NCBI RefSeq assembly: GCF_018977255.1
Contig: NW_024704742.1
Location: 10,356,001 to 10,420,000 of the forward strand
DNA length: 64,000 nt
Direction of reading: 5' to 3'
DNA from: Callorhinchus milii
Taxonomy: Eukaryota
Both the position numbers and the translations under genes were made by a program. This document shows positions 11,411 through 23,812 of this stretch, one piece after another. Below the pieces are notes generated by a model, which searched no databases, was not told the origin of the DNA, and was given only the letters and a program-made list of their open reading frames with translations. The first letter of the stretch is position 1, and the number at the start of each line of letters is the position of its first letter.

Positions 11411-12210
11411 CTTTACCCTCCTAATAGCAATCTACCACTTGGTGGAGAATTTATTAGCACATCGCTTTTCTGGGGGTAATAATCTCTCCCCCCTTCCCCC
11501 AAAAATAATAATAATATGGTCACTCAATCCATGACTGGTTGCTGTGTTTCACCCACAAAACATACAGATAATTCACTTTACAGTATATTCTGTGAAATGC
11601 TTTGAGATGTCTCAAAAGATGTGATAAGGCGCTATATCAAATGCAAGAATTATTATTATTACTATAAGTTAATGCCTCGGAGAACTTTATAAAGCTAGGA
11701 TCAGACACAGAGCAAGGAACAAGGGGAAGGAGAAAGTGACCATAGATACGGTGGTCTTACAGGGCTGTTTCCAATTGAGTTTTCGCAACCTGAATTCACA
11801 AAATGTCAACACCCTCCTTCAAAAACACAGACATCAGTGTGTCAAGCAGCTCCACTCCAAACCTTGTGTGGGTTTTAACGTACATTCCTAAAGTCCTTTA
11901 CCCATAGTAACTCCTTTCACAAGTTCAAGTTCAAAGAACTGCATCACTTGACTCCAGACCTCACGTCTCCAAGGCTCCCAGTTTTAATGGCTCTTTTTGC
12001 AGTTATTGCTCTGTCGTTTTTCGACAATACCGGCCTCACTTGTGATGATTCTTATTCCCTCTCTGCCCTGTCTTTGTAATTTATTTTCAGGCCGCCGCTT
12101 AAGGTTATCACTGAGAAATAGTTTGACTAGTGACCCTCTGGCCTGTGTTTCTCAACACTGGTACACCACCACAGATTGTAAGCTTTGCGTTCTGCAGGGA
12201 ACCCTATGTA

Positions 12211-12828
12211 CAGGGTGTCCACAAAGCCCTCTTACCCCCAGTTACAAAACAATGATTATGAGACTATGGAGTTGCTGAAACAAGCTGTCAGAGACACATT
12301 TCACCTCCTCACTCCATCCATGTTACGGAAGATGTAGCATCGAACATTATTTTCATGGCGACAGATCATTGTCAGCCATGAAAATAATGGCGCTAATACA
12401 CTGATCCTCTGGACATCTAAATACAGTTAAACACTTGTATTTAAATGGGAAACCTGCCTCCAAATTCATATTGAATTTAAGAATTTCTACAATTCTAACA
12501 TGATGTGGAATTTTAGATTTTAGCAATAATCAAATAACTTGCAGGGCAAAATGCTGGGCAAGTTTCCTTACTCTAGAATTCCACATTGTCGTAGCCTGTA
12601 AAGACCTTTTCAAGATTGCTTAGAGTTGTAGAAATTCTTAAATTCAATATGAACTTGGACTTGGAGGCCAGTTTCCCATTTGAAAAGAAACTTCCAAGTT
12701 GAGAATGGGCTTGGGAACAACAATGAAGTAGCTCTAAATACAATTATCATCATTCTTCCCCCTGTTTCAGTTGTTGGTCAGTGCAATGTAAATAGGGGGG
12801 GAGGTAACAGGACTTTGCGGACACCTTG
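12211..12828. mobile_element. Non-autonomous Tc1/mariner MITE
   Basis: TA|CAGGGTGTCCACAAAG...CTTTGCGGACACCTTG|TA terminal inverted repeats with TA duplication; internal inverted repeats 12345-12389 and 12443-12498/12620-12681. Confidence 0.75.
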
Positions 12829-15367
12829 TACATCATTAACCTACAACTGATTTGCAATCTTGTCAAACAGTCATTTGCGTAGGTTGGTACATAGGGGTTA
12901 CCTGCAAGATATGCAATGTACAACCCATGGAGTTTTTACACAGAGCATCCCTGAGCCAGTGCATTTTTCACCCCATTCGTAAGTGAAGGGCACGAGGGGG
13001 ATAAATGCAAGTTGTTATTGCGGATGGAAGAAATACTTCTACAAAGCACAATTTGGAATAAGACAAGAAAGAGTACTGGAAAAGTACTGTGAAGCCAGAA
13101 ATATAATAATAATCCTTGCATTTAATATAGCACCTTATCACGTTGTTGAGACGTGGTAATTCAGGTTCAAATCCCTGACTGTCCAACGCCTTAAGACATC
13201 CTCTCTATGTGAAAGGCGCTATACAAATATAATTTTGTTGTTGTTTTGTTGTTGCTGTTATTGTTGAGACATCTCAAAGTGCTTCACAGGATATACTGTA
13301 AAGTGAATTGACTGTATATTTTGTGGGCCAAAATGTAACTGGATGGGGGAAAGATGTCACTGAAATAAAATGTCATTGAAAGCAGGAGATTGAGGCGCTC
13401 CTAAGAAAGGCTGAAGATTTCTGGAGTTTCACAGTTTTGATTTTGAAGGATACATTTTTTTAACCAGTGACTTTGAATTACTAATAGTTTTTTGTATGCA
13501 AGATTTGCCAACAGATGCAAAATTACATTCCTGCTTATAAAATGCTTTTTCACACAACTACAAAAAGCAAGCACTTCAGTCCAGCAACAGCACAATCAAA
13601 GACATCATTGTAATCATATTATCTGGCTGGGGCAAAAATAAAAGGAAGGAGAATCAATGGGTTATATTCAACTGGTGGCTGATTCTCCGGGCAATGCAGA
13701 ATGGAATCAACCATAATCTGCTTTGATCTAGGATTCAAACACATCAGCTCATATCCATTGGATTCCAATGAATGTACAGTATTATTAGTAGCAGAAGTCA
13801 ATTAGCTAAATTCAGAGAAAACAGGCAACCATTTAAGGGGCCAAAGAGGCACAAAGACATGTTTGTGTTCCTCCGAAGATGTGTTTTGTATAACAATCTG
13901 AGAAACGAAAGCTCCTTAATCTGTTCCATTTTCGGGTCTTGTGAGTACAAACACCACTGTGAAGCTTTTGAGGACAGCTAGGGTTATGTTTCTGCACCAA
14001 AAAAAATCTAAACTGGGACTGCGTGTATTCCAAGAACACCATGAATTGAGGCACTTTCTTTGCTTCAGTACACTTTTCATCTCCTGTAGAAACTGATCCC
14101 TTGTGACATCCCTTTCTCTCTCCCAGCCCCACACCCCACAAAAAAAAATTGGCTCCCCCATTCCCCACCAAGGTAAACCCATTTGGATTCAGCTATTCAT
14201 CTCGGGCATCTATTAGTGGGTATTCAACCGAGGTCTGATAGTATCAATTGCAGCTAACCCGAGATCCAGTGCAAACTGCATACACTTCTCAATCAACTCT
14301 AAGTGAGCTGCTGAATCTGAGCTTTTGTACTGAAAACTGCTGACACATCACAGGCGTCTGCCTCACTAAAATGAATATAGAACTTTGTTTATTGTATGAT
14401 CAAAATGGGAAATTAATGAGTTTAGCCCGAGGGCAATGCCTGGTAAATAATAATCCTTTCTTTAATAAAACCTCTGATCACGTCAAAACATCTCAAAGTG
14501 CTTCACAGTTTTTCTGCAGAGTATTGCAACTATGTATTTGTAAACCGATATGGCAGTCATTTTGTGCACAGCAATTAAAATGTCAGTCCAGATTGAGCTC
14601 AAATCTCGGTGTGAGAGTGTTGCCATCTGAGCCAGGCTGATACCGAGACACACCACAAGGTAACAGATTGGAATCCCAGTCTGTGCTGAGTGAGTTGAAC
14701 CCACCTGGGGTAAAGCTCTTCGCAGGATTTTGCTGTAGAGTATAGTGACTGTGTATTTTGTAGGTGAATGTGGTATCTAATTTGCATATGGCAATGTCCG
14801 ATAAACAGCCATGAAGTGAATGAACAATTTTTGTTTGGGGGATTGTTGGCCAAGACACCAGGAGAGAGAAACTCCCTTCTCTATTCGAAAAGTAAAGTGA
14901 GTTTCTCCCAGTGCCTTGACCAACAATAAAAAATATACAGTTATACATGACTGTTTGTGGGACACTGCTGTGCACAATTGGCTGCCGCGTTTCTCCCACA
15001 AAAAAATAATTCAATTCACTTTACAGTATATTCTATGAAGCGCTTTGAGACGTCTTGAAGATGTGAGGCACTATATCAAATGCAAGGATTATTATTATTA
15101 TTCACTTCATGGCTGTTTGTTGGACATTGCCAAAAAAAACAATAATAAATTAGTCACTTCAACCCACGACTGTGCACAATTGGCTGCCACAAATATGCAG
15201 TCCATTCACTTTACAGTATATTCTGTGAAGCACTGAGAAGTCTAGAAATGTGAAAAACGCTAAATCAAATGCTAGGATTATTATTACTATGCACAAAATT
15301 GGCTCCATGCCCACAAAATACAGTCACTCCAGTTTACAGAAAATAGGCAACACTACACAATAGGATT

Positions 15368-15675
15368 AATAATAATCCTTGCATCTGATATAGCGCTTTT
15401 CATGTCTTCTAGACGTCTCAAAGCGCTTCATAGAATATGCTGTAAAGTGAATTGACTGTATATTTGTGGGCGAAATGTGGTAGGCAATTGTGCACAGCAG
15501 TGTCCCACAAACAGTCGTGGATTGAAGTAACCAATTTATTATTGTTTTTTTTTTGAGGGATTATTATTAGGCATGTGGAGTAAGAAAACTTGCCCAAGGT
15601 TTCACCCTGCCGGGAATTGAACCCGGGTCTCTCGCTTGCAAAGTGAGTGCTCTAACCACTGAGCTACAGGACTCT
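15368..15675 (-). mobile_element. tRNA-Ala SINE, short subfamily
   Basis: Full head to (TTA)n tail; lacks the ~75-nt internal block. Confidence 0.9.
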
Positions 15676-17134
15676 ACAAAGAAATGACAAGTTTGGATCT
15701 TACTGGAAGCTCCAGAGCAGCTCAATGTTCTCACTAAGCTGTCAGACTCACAACTCACAAGATATATATTACACCTCACACAAAGACCACAACTAAAGTT
15801 TACCCTCCCATAGTCTCATGGTCAGAGTTCGACTTACTAGTCACCATGAGGCCAGGATAGTTCATAGGACATCACTAAATGCATCTGCGCAGACAAAACT
15901 GCAGGAGAAAGCGAGAATATACCAGGTTTATACAAATTAGAAAGATTTGTACCCACAAAATATACAGTCAATTCACTTCACAGTGTACTCTGTGAAGCGC
16001 TTTGAGATGTCTCAAAGACATGATAAGACGCTATATCAAATGCAAGGATTATTATTATACCTTGTGGATCAAACTGAGTCCATGTTCACAGGTGGACTAA
16101 CAAGCTGTGCCACAAAATGCTGGCCTCGTGTTCACGCTTGCACATAACAACAACTACAACTTGAATTTATATAGTGCCCTTCACACAGGGTAGAATCCCA
16201 GAGCGCTTGACATGCATGACACACAGAGTAGTTTCTCAATCTCAGGCAGACAGTTGAAGAAAACACTGAGAGAATTTGAGGAGCATCTCCAACAGGGCGA
16301 AGGGGTCGAGGAATCTCAGAATGCCACTTCACAGTATTCAACAAATCTTCCTCAGCTCCAGGCAATGACTGCAGTGGGTTAGAAACAATTTCCCCTCTTG
16401 TGAGATAATCTCTGTATACAACACTTAGCCATGGAAAAATGCACAGACATGTTAGAAAAGAGCCCTCTACCTTATATTAGGCTCTGTGTCCATGTAGGCG
16501 GCATATTGATCAGGATGGTAAAGTAATTCTCCATGTTTGAATCAACGTCTCTGCACTCCAGTACGTTTACACTTAAGGCAGACGCGCCAGTGCTGCAGTT
16601 CAGGAGCTATCCAGGCAGATTGGACAGAGACCAGAAGGAATGTAGATCACCCAGTGAGCTTATTGAATCTCCAACATTGCCCTAGATATACTTCTCACTG
16701 ATTTCAATACAATAGGGAGGACAAATTTGCAGGGCCATGGGGAGAGAGCGGAATTGATTTGGAAGCTCTTTTCAAAGGGCCGGCACAGACACAATGGGCC
16801 AAATGGCCTCCTTCTGTGTTGTATGATTCTATGATTCTAATAGTGGTGGGTGGAGGAGGTGGTGTAAAATGATAACTTGTTTTTAAGAAGGGTTGCACGA
16901 GGAAATGTGTGTGTGAGGCAGTTGTTTTATAAAAAGACACTTCTGATATTATTCATTTGGTAACATTTTTGATTTTTACATGAATAAAACACATGATTTA
17001 TGACTGAATAAAACATTTAAGTACATAAAAGTAACTTCACTGCATTGTTCCCACAAGCACCGCAATGAACAGGCAACAGTATAACGTTAATATGAAAGAC
17101 CAGATTCCACTTTACTGAAAGGTATAAAATAAAT

Positions 17135-17500
17135 AATAATCCTGGCATTTGTTACAGCTCCTTATCACATCAGATTGTAGTCTCAAAGATCTTCACAGGA
17201 TTTTATTGTGAAATAAAGTGATTGTGTATTTGTAGGCAAATGCAACAGCACAATTGCACACAGCAATGTCCCACAAACAGCCATCGAGTGAGTGACCAAT
17301 TTTATTCGGGGGATTATTGGACAGGGCATTGGGAGAGAGAAACTCCCTTCTCTTTTCAACTGGTGCCGTGGGATCTTTAACATCCACTTGAACAGGCAGA
17401 CGGGACCTTGGTTTAACATCCCATCTGAAGGGTGGTACCCCCCCCCCAGCGCTACATTGGAGGATCATCTTAGACTGTGAGTTTAGGTCCTGACTTGGAA
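17135..17500 (-). mobile_element. DeuSINE/SacSINE1-like copy
   Basis: Minus strand GATGTTAAACCAAGGTCCCGTCTGCCTGTTCAAGTGGATGTTAAAGATCCCACGGCAC Deu-domain-like core; second partial copy at ~17508-17710. Confidence 0.75.
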
Positions 17501-18339
17501 TAGCATAACAATAATCCTTGCATTTGACATAGAGCCTTATCACTTCATAGAGATCCTGTGTTTCACAGGATTTTATTGTGAATTTAATGACTCTATTTGT
17601 AGACAAATGCAGCAATTTTAAGCACAGCAATATCCTACAAACAGTCAAGAAGTGAATGAGCAATTTTATTAGGAAGGTGATTAGCCAGGACACCAGGAGA
17701 AACTCCTTTCTTCCTACCATTACATAAATTATCTAAACAAGCAGATAATATGTGTTTGGGTGCAGAGGGGCAAGCCCAGAGGTTTCCTGTGGCCTAATGC
17801 ATGCTCCATCACCTTTAGGGGAGCATAGATAATTATTTGGGGAGGACATATTTGCAGGGCTATGGGGAGAGAGCGGGGGAGTGGGATTGATTTGGATAGG
17901 TCTTTTCAAAGAGCCGGCACAGACACTTCTGTGCTGTATAATTCTATGATTCTATGATATGATTGAAGGTGTATAGAGGGGAAGAAATCTATTGAGAACA
18001 GAGAGCTCCACAAGGTATTTAAGGTACACAAGTCTTCTGAGAATACACAGAGAATTTGCTCCATAAGCATAAAAGGAATGGAAGTCTATGCGAGAACACT
18101 GACAGAGTGTCATAGGAAACACTGTAGAACAATGCTTGGAAACGCCACATGTGCTGAACACATTTATTTGTACAGCCCTTCCATTGAAAGATACCAATTA
18201 GTTTTTTTTCACACACGTACCCAAGTTCAGTCTTCAGAAATCAAAAATACGACCTTACTTTCAACTTTTATTGCTGTACAACCACCACAGACAGCTGCAC
18301 ATCTCCAAATACTCATAAAGCTATGCACTGTACTGTAAA

Positions 18340-19335
18340 GGCCGTAAAGAAAGGCAATAACATGCTGGGCTTTATACACAGCGGCATAGCGTAGAAAAGC
18401 AAAGTAATAGATCTACATTTGTACAAATCATTGGTTAGTCTGCAACTGGAATGTTGCATTCAATTTGGGCATTTCACTTCAGGAAAGATATTAAGGGTGT
18501 GCAGAGGAAGTTGATGAGAATGTTTCCAGCAATGAGGAGAGATTGGAGAAGTCGAGGCCATTTTCATTGGAGCAGAGAAAGTTGAGTGGGGGGGAGAAAC
18601 CTGATAGAGGTGGTAAAAAACCATGAAGTGTTTTGACATGGTAAATAGGCAGACGGTATTTACATTGATAGGGGAGTCAGTGACTAGGGGACATAGTTAT
18701 GCTAGCCTCAAGAACAGCAAAAGGAGAACTTAGAAAAATTTTGTTTTCAACCAGACATTAGTCAGGATGCTTCACGTCCCCCAGCTTGCCTGCCCCACCA
18801 TTGGTGGGTGGGCCTTCTGCCAATCTGCTCCCATCTCTGGAACTCCAGCCCACAGTCCCTCCAGCTCGCCCCCTCCCTCCTTGCCTCCTTCAAAATCCAT
18901 CTCAAGACCCTCTTCTTTGACCGTAATTTCAATCACCTTCCTCTGTCCCTCTGTCCTCCACCCTCCCCAATCCCGAAGCCCATCTTGAAACACTAACTGT
19001 CCAGTGCCTTGGGACATCCTCCCGATGTGAAAGGCACTTTACAAATGTAATTTTTTTGTTACTGTTGATGAAGGAATAAACATTTCCTGCTTCAACCATT
19101 TCCCTAGAGAGCCTGTTCCACAGGTTTACTATTCGCTCACTGAAATAGTATTTCCATAGATTTGTTCTGAATTTACCCCCCTTCAATCACAGGCCGTGTC
19201 CTTTGGTTTTACTTCTGGACAAGTTGAAACAGCCTGTCATGATCTATATTGTCTTGCCCCTGTAGAATCTTAAAGACAGCAATCATATCGCATCTCAATC
19301 TTCTCTTTTCCGGTGTGAACATGCCCAATTTATTA
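18340..19335. mobile_element. Cluster: CR1 fragment (+, ~18340-18750), L2 3' end (+, ~18760-19065), CR1 fragment (-, ~19070-19335)
   Basis: CR1 motifs (KFRTNLWKYYFSERIVNLWNRL), L2 motifs (LWNSSPQSL..FKIHLKTLFF) and L2 tail. Confidence 0.8.
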
Positions 19336-21099
19336 GAGTAGACAAGCGTATGAAAGAGAGGGGCTTAAAGTGGGTTTTTGGGGATTGATTTGATCCCCTT
19401 GCCTTGTGAACCAGTTCGGACTCAATGAGCCGATTAATCTCCTTCTGCGCTGTAGATTTCTATCTTTTGATGTTAATGTATTTCAAGGTAATTTCTCTAT
19501 GTTCTATTTTCACTCCTCCCCTCTAACACCCCACCCCCACAACCCCCTTCTCCACTGGTCGGGAAGAGGATTACAACATTTCCTCCTGAACCCCCCAAAA
19601 GAAGTAGTGTGCAACATTATTTTGCAAATTTTATTTCAGGAAACAAGAATTTAGACACCTCGCACTGATGTACTTGGCTTACAGTGTATTCGAACAGCCA
19701 ATTTCCACTACAAAGTGGATGTGAGAGGGAATAAGCTTTGGCATACAAGATTTGAAGTTATAATGAGGTCATCAATGGCTTGAATGTGAAATCTTTTCTT
19801 TTTAAATCGTATCTGAAAACTGACGCAAAACTTAAAATGTTGTGATTTTTCATGTATACTTAATAATTAAAAATCCTTGCTTTTGCATTTGATACAGTAA
19901 TAGTAACGCAGAACAATCCTTTGCCACAATGCAAGTTTGCTTATAATACAGGTGTCCTGTGGTTACTGGAAATCCAATCCACTCCCAGCCTTCGGTTCAC
20001 ATTAGCCAACTTTCTGCAAATGCAAGCAGCACGCAGGCCAAGTGTTACAAGGATTTGTTGGTCTGGAAACTCACAGGAAGTTACCTGGTCCATGCCAGAA
20101 CCAGGATGTGAGATCAATGCAACCTGACAACTATGTTTGCACTAATTTCTCATCATTTTGCCCACAAATATACACTTACTGTACTTCACAGTAAAATCAT
20201 ATGAAGTGCCTTGAGGCATCACAACAATGTGGTAAGGCACTAAATCAACTGCAAGGATTATTATTGCTGCAACAACAACTTACGATTATATCGCGCCCTT
20301 CATGCTGGACAGCATCTCAGAGCACTATTATTATAATGTTCATTTATTCTGTTTTTTCAATGTACCGGATTCCAGACCCCTATCGCCCCAATTCTTGTTG
20401 CAGAATGGATCAATTTCAAGATCTTCACTCTCACTTTCAAATCACTTCACACCCTGGCACCTCCCTATCTCTCTGATCTATTCACATCTGAATCCACTAG
20501 CCATTGCCTTCACTTAGCTGGCTCAGGTCTTCTGCACGTCCCTCATCCCCTCTGCTCCACCACTGGTGGCTGTGCTTTCAACCACAATTGCCCCAATCTT
20601 TGACCTTTTTGCCTCAATCCCTCCATTTTGCCCCCATCTTTGATCCTCTTCAAATCGCACCTGAAGACCTTCCTCTTCAACTGTGCCTTCAGTCACTTCC
20701 CCTCTCTTTCCTGCTCAGGGTCAAATCACATCTCTGTTAAGTGCTCCGAGACTCTACCTGCTGCATAAATGCAAGTAGTTATTGTTGATGTGCCACAACC
20801 TTAGTAACTATTGAGTGCTTAATGACCCTCATATAATAAACAGTAAATGGCCAGCTTTCTTCATTATATTACAATGCAATTTGGACGCTATACCTTTCTG
20901 TAACCTCAATTCATAACAAGTTTAACAGAAAGTTTAATTATAAAAAAGCAGCAGGACAATGCAGCCCTAGGGAACCAGCCAATAGTTCAGTGACAGAGAG
21001 GAGCACCACAAACAGTAAGCAGCCAGGGACACATCAGCACTTGAGACCCAGTGAATAGTGATGTGTACATCAGCAGTGGAGAATATCTCTGTGAATACG

Positions 21100-21193
21100 G
21101 TAGATTTATGGTACGGTTTTCCATAATGATTCCCCAGTGGGACATCACCCACCCACTTGGGAACTACTATCAAATACTATATCATAAATCTAC
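21100..21193. repeat. 94-nt foldback (42-bp ungapped imperfect stem, 10-nt loop); probable tiny MITE relic
   Basis: GTAGATTTATGGTA...TTCCCCAGTGGG pairs with CCCACTTGGGAA...TATCATAAATCTAC; 7 mismatches counting G-T as paired. Confidence 0.75.
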
Positions 21194-21694
21194 AATGTGC
21201 CTACCTTATTGGACATAACCCAACAACTAAGTAGTATTGCATTTATATTGACCTGTTGCTGTAAAAGCAAAGTCTCTAAGATTGTCTGTGTTGTGGTCAG
21301 TAGGAAGATGTTCAATTTTCCATTGTGTTTTGCATTGCTCATGATGCAGTTCCACTTGGCAATGGCTCAAAACTGGGTATGTCAGATGCCAAAGAATCAA
21401 CCAGTGATTATTCTGAGGAGGGATGGAAGTGGGGCGAAGGGAAGGTGAGTGGGAACTCTTGTCTTTCTAAAGAGGACATATTCCTAAAAAGACATATTCC
21501 AGGGCTATGGGGAAAAGGCAGGTAAATGGGGGTGAAAGGATTGTTCTTGAAAGAACCAGCACAGACACGATGGACTGAATGGAACAGCCTTCTGTTCTAC
21601 ACATTTCTAAGGTTCTGGGCACCAGAATAGCTTGGTGATACTGAAGGGCACCACACAGCACTGGGGTTCCAGTGACCTGGGAGAGGTACCACAA

Positions 21695-22062
21695 CAATAA
21701 TAATCCTTGCATTTGAGGAAGTGCTTTATCGTGTCTTTGAGATGTCTCAAAGCGCTTCACAGAATATACTGTAAAGTGAATTAACTTGTGTATTTTGTGG
21801 GCGAAATGCGACAGACAATTCCGCACAGCAGTGTTCCACAAACAGTCATGGATTGAGTGACCAAATTAATTTTTTTTGAAGGAATTGTTAACCCCGGAAA
21901 AGTGATCTGCCAATTGACCAACAACTGGGTTCTTACATACTGCTAGGTAAACAGAGGTGTGTGGAGTAAGGAAACTTGCCAAATGTTTCGTCCTGCCTGG
22001 GAATCGAACTTGGGTCCTCTCACTTGGAGGTGAGTGCTCTAACCACTGAGCTACAGAACTCC
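21695..22062 (-). mobile_element. tRNA-Ala SINE, long subfamily
   Basis: Full-length; CCACAACAA repeated at both flanks. Confidence 0.9.
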
Positions 22063-22354
22063 ACAACAACAACAGCAGCAACAAAAACATGCATTTATAT
22101 AGCGTCCCTCACACAGGGTAATGTCCCAGAGCGCTTGACCACACAGCACTGGAGATGTGGTGAGTGAATTGCTGTGAAAGTGCGAGACATAACACGAGAG
22201 GGGCAGTAAAAAGTGAAGTGAAAAGAGAGCCTGCAAAACCAAAACAATTGTCAGCAATTCTATACAGGGTTTCAGTCGATCTGGCCTTCAGGGTGCAGAG
22301 CGTTACATGGTAACAGCAGGCTATACTGGCTAGAATATTGAGGCCCAAACTCAC

Positions 22355-22421
22355 TCCCTTCGCTCCTCCTCCCCCACCGCCCCTACGCTGAGGTTGCGTG
22401 GGAAAGCACAGATCAGGTTGC
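22355..22421 (-). other. Candidate 67-nt (probably non-coding) exon
   Basis: Strong acceptor CTCTTTTCTTTCAG|G and donor GGA|GTGAGT flanking a GC-rich unique segment. Confidence 0.3.
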
Positions 22422-23136
22422 CTGAAAGAAAAGAGGCACTTTATCTTGAGAAAAGAGAGTCTTTCAGTTGTCAAAAAGATAGCAACATGTGGTGTTCTAA
22501 ATTAGCAAAGAAACAAATATAGCAACTGCCCGACAAAAAATAAAATACAGCGAACTGATTGAATGGCAGAAAGGGGCATGTGACACTGAATTCATAGCAT
22601 GTGAATCTGACATAGAGTCACTGTGAGTAAAGGGCTTTTAGCTAAATTCAGCAAAGACAGCAAGCTGAAAGAACCATTAAACTGTCATTTTGATTACAAT
22701 ACCTCCTCATTTTTCTCAACCCATGCTACAATCGTCCAATGTTTATAATCTAATACTTGTGTCCAGCTGGTCCAAGGCTGCAGTAACAATGTTTGTAAAT
22801 TATCCCAGTCAAAGAACAAAATCCTCAGGAACCCTGATCTCCCAAACAATCGGTTGATTGGATTTGTTAAAAACAGAGGCACAAAATATGATAGATCACT
22901 GACAAATGTATGACACAATTATAATCACCAACCATATCCACAGCAAGAGGCTTCTCCATAGTTCAGTTGGCTAAGCTGCTGCCTAGATCAGAAAATCAGC
23001 CACACAGACCAGTAATATCACATGTTTGATCCAAAGGCTGTACTAAATTAGCTGATCCCAACTCAGACAGGATTGATGACAGTTGGGCTGAATGGTACTG
23101 GGTTCGAAAGGGTGGGGAAATAAACAGGATAGCTGA

Positions 23137-23370
23137 ATAAATACAAAATACTGCAGATGCTGGAAATCTGAAATAAAAATAGAAGTTGTAAGGAACATGC
23201 AGAATGTCAGGTAGCATCTATGGAGAGAGGAAAATGAGTTAACGTTTCAGGTTGATAACCTTTCGTCAGACCTAGCAAAAGGTCATTGACCTGAAACATT
23301 AACTCATTTTCCTCTCTCCATACATGCTGCCTGATCTGCTGTGTGTTCCTAGCGACTTCCGTTTTATATT
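23137..23370. mobile_element. Palindromic Penelope-type pLTR element with back-to-back minimal hammerhead ribozyme motifs
   Basis: Arms ~23183-23263 and ~23278-23359 are inverted repeats (23-nt ATGGAGAGAGGAAAATGAGTTAA exact); minus strand CTGACGA-A-AGGTT-ATC-AACCT-GAAAC-GTT-AACT intact core; plus strand CTAGCAA-A-AGGTC-ATT-GACCT-GAAAC-ATT-AACT degenerate core. Confidence 0.8.
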
Positions 23371-23489
23371 GGATAGCTGAACAGTTCTTTTGTGACTCCT
23401 CCTGGAAACTGCATACTGTGCTGTTCATGTATGAACACTGCAATTTTGAGTCTAATACATGCTCAATCTTTGGAAGGAGTGAAAGAAAG

Positions 23490-23812
23490 TGGAAAGGGCA
23501 GATCAGTCACTGGGGTGGGGGAAGGGAATCCTCCCAATCAGCTCCTGTTAACCCCATCAGCCAAAGCACTAACGGGTAGGGTGATCCTAGCTAGACAAGC
23601 AGTGGTAAAGCTTGCCAGACCATGCTATCAATGGCAAGCTATGTGTTTTTAACTGGTTAGACTCTGGCAGTACCCTAACACACACTCTGAGCCCAAGCTT
23701 TGGCTCTTGACAACCTGCACCTAATACTTTCTGGAATTTGGTAAGCAAGATGTGCCCCTTCAGGGATAGTGAGAGTGTGTATTTCATTCCAACAATCTAT
23801 CTCTGGAATTTC
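23490..23812 (+). mobile_element. ~600-nt structured retroposon, partial copy
   Basis: Aligns to 3862-4170 (CAGTCACTGGGG...GTTAACCC...AAAGCTTGCCAGAC...ACCTAATACTTTCTGGAAT). Confidence 0.8.
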
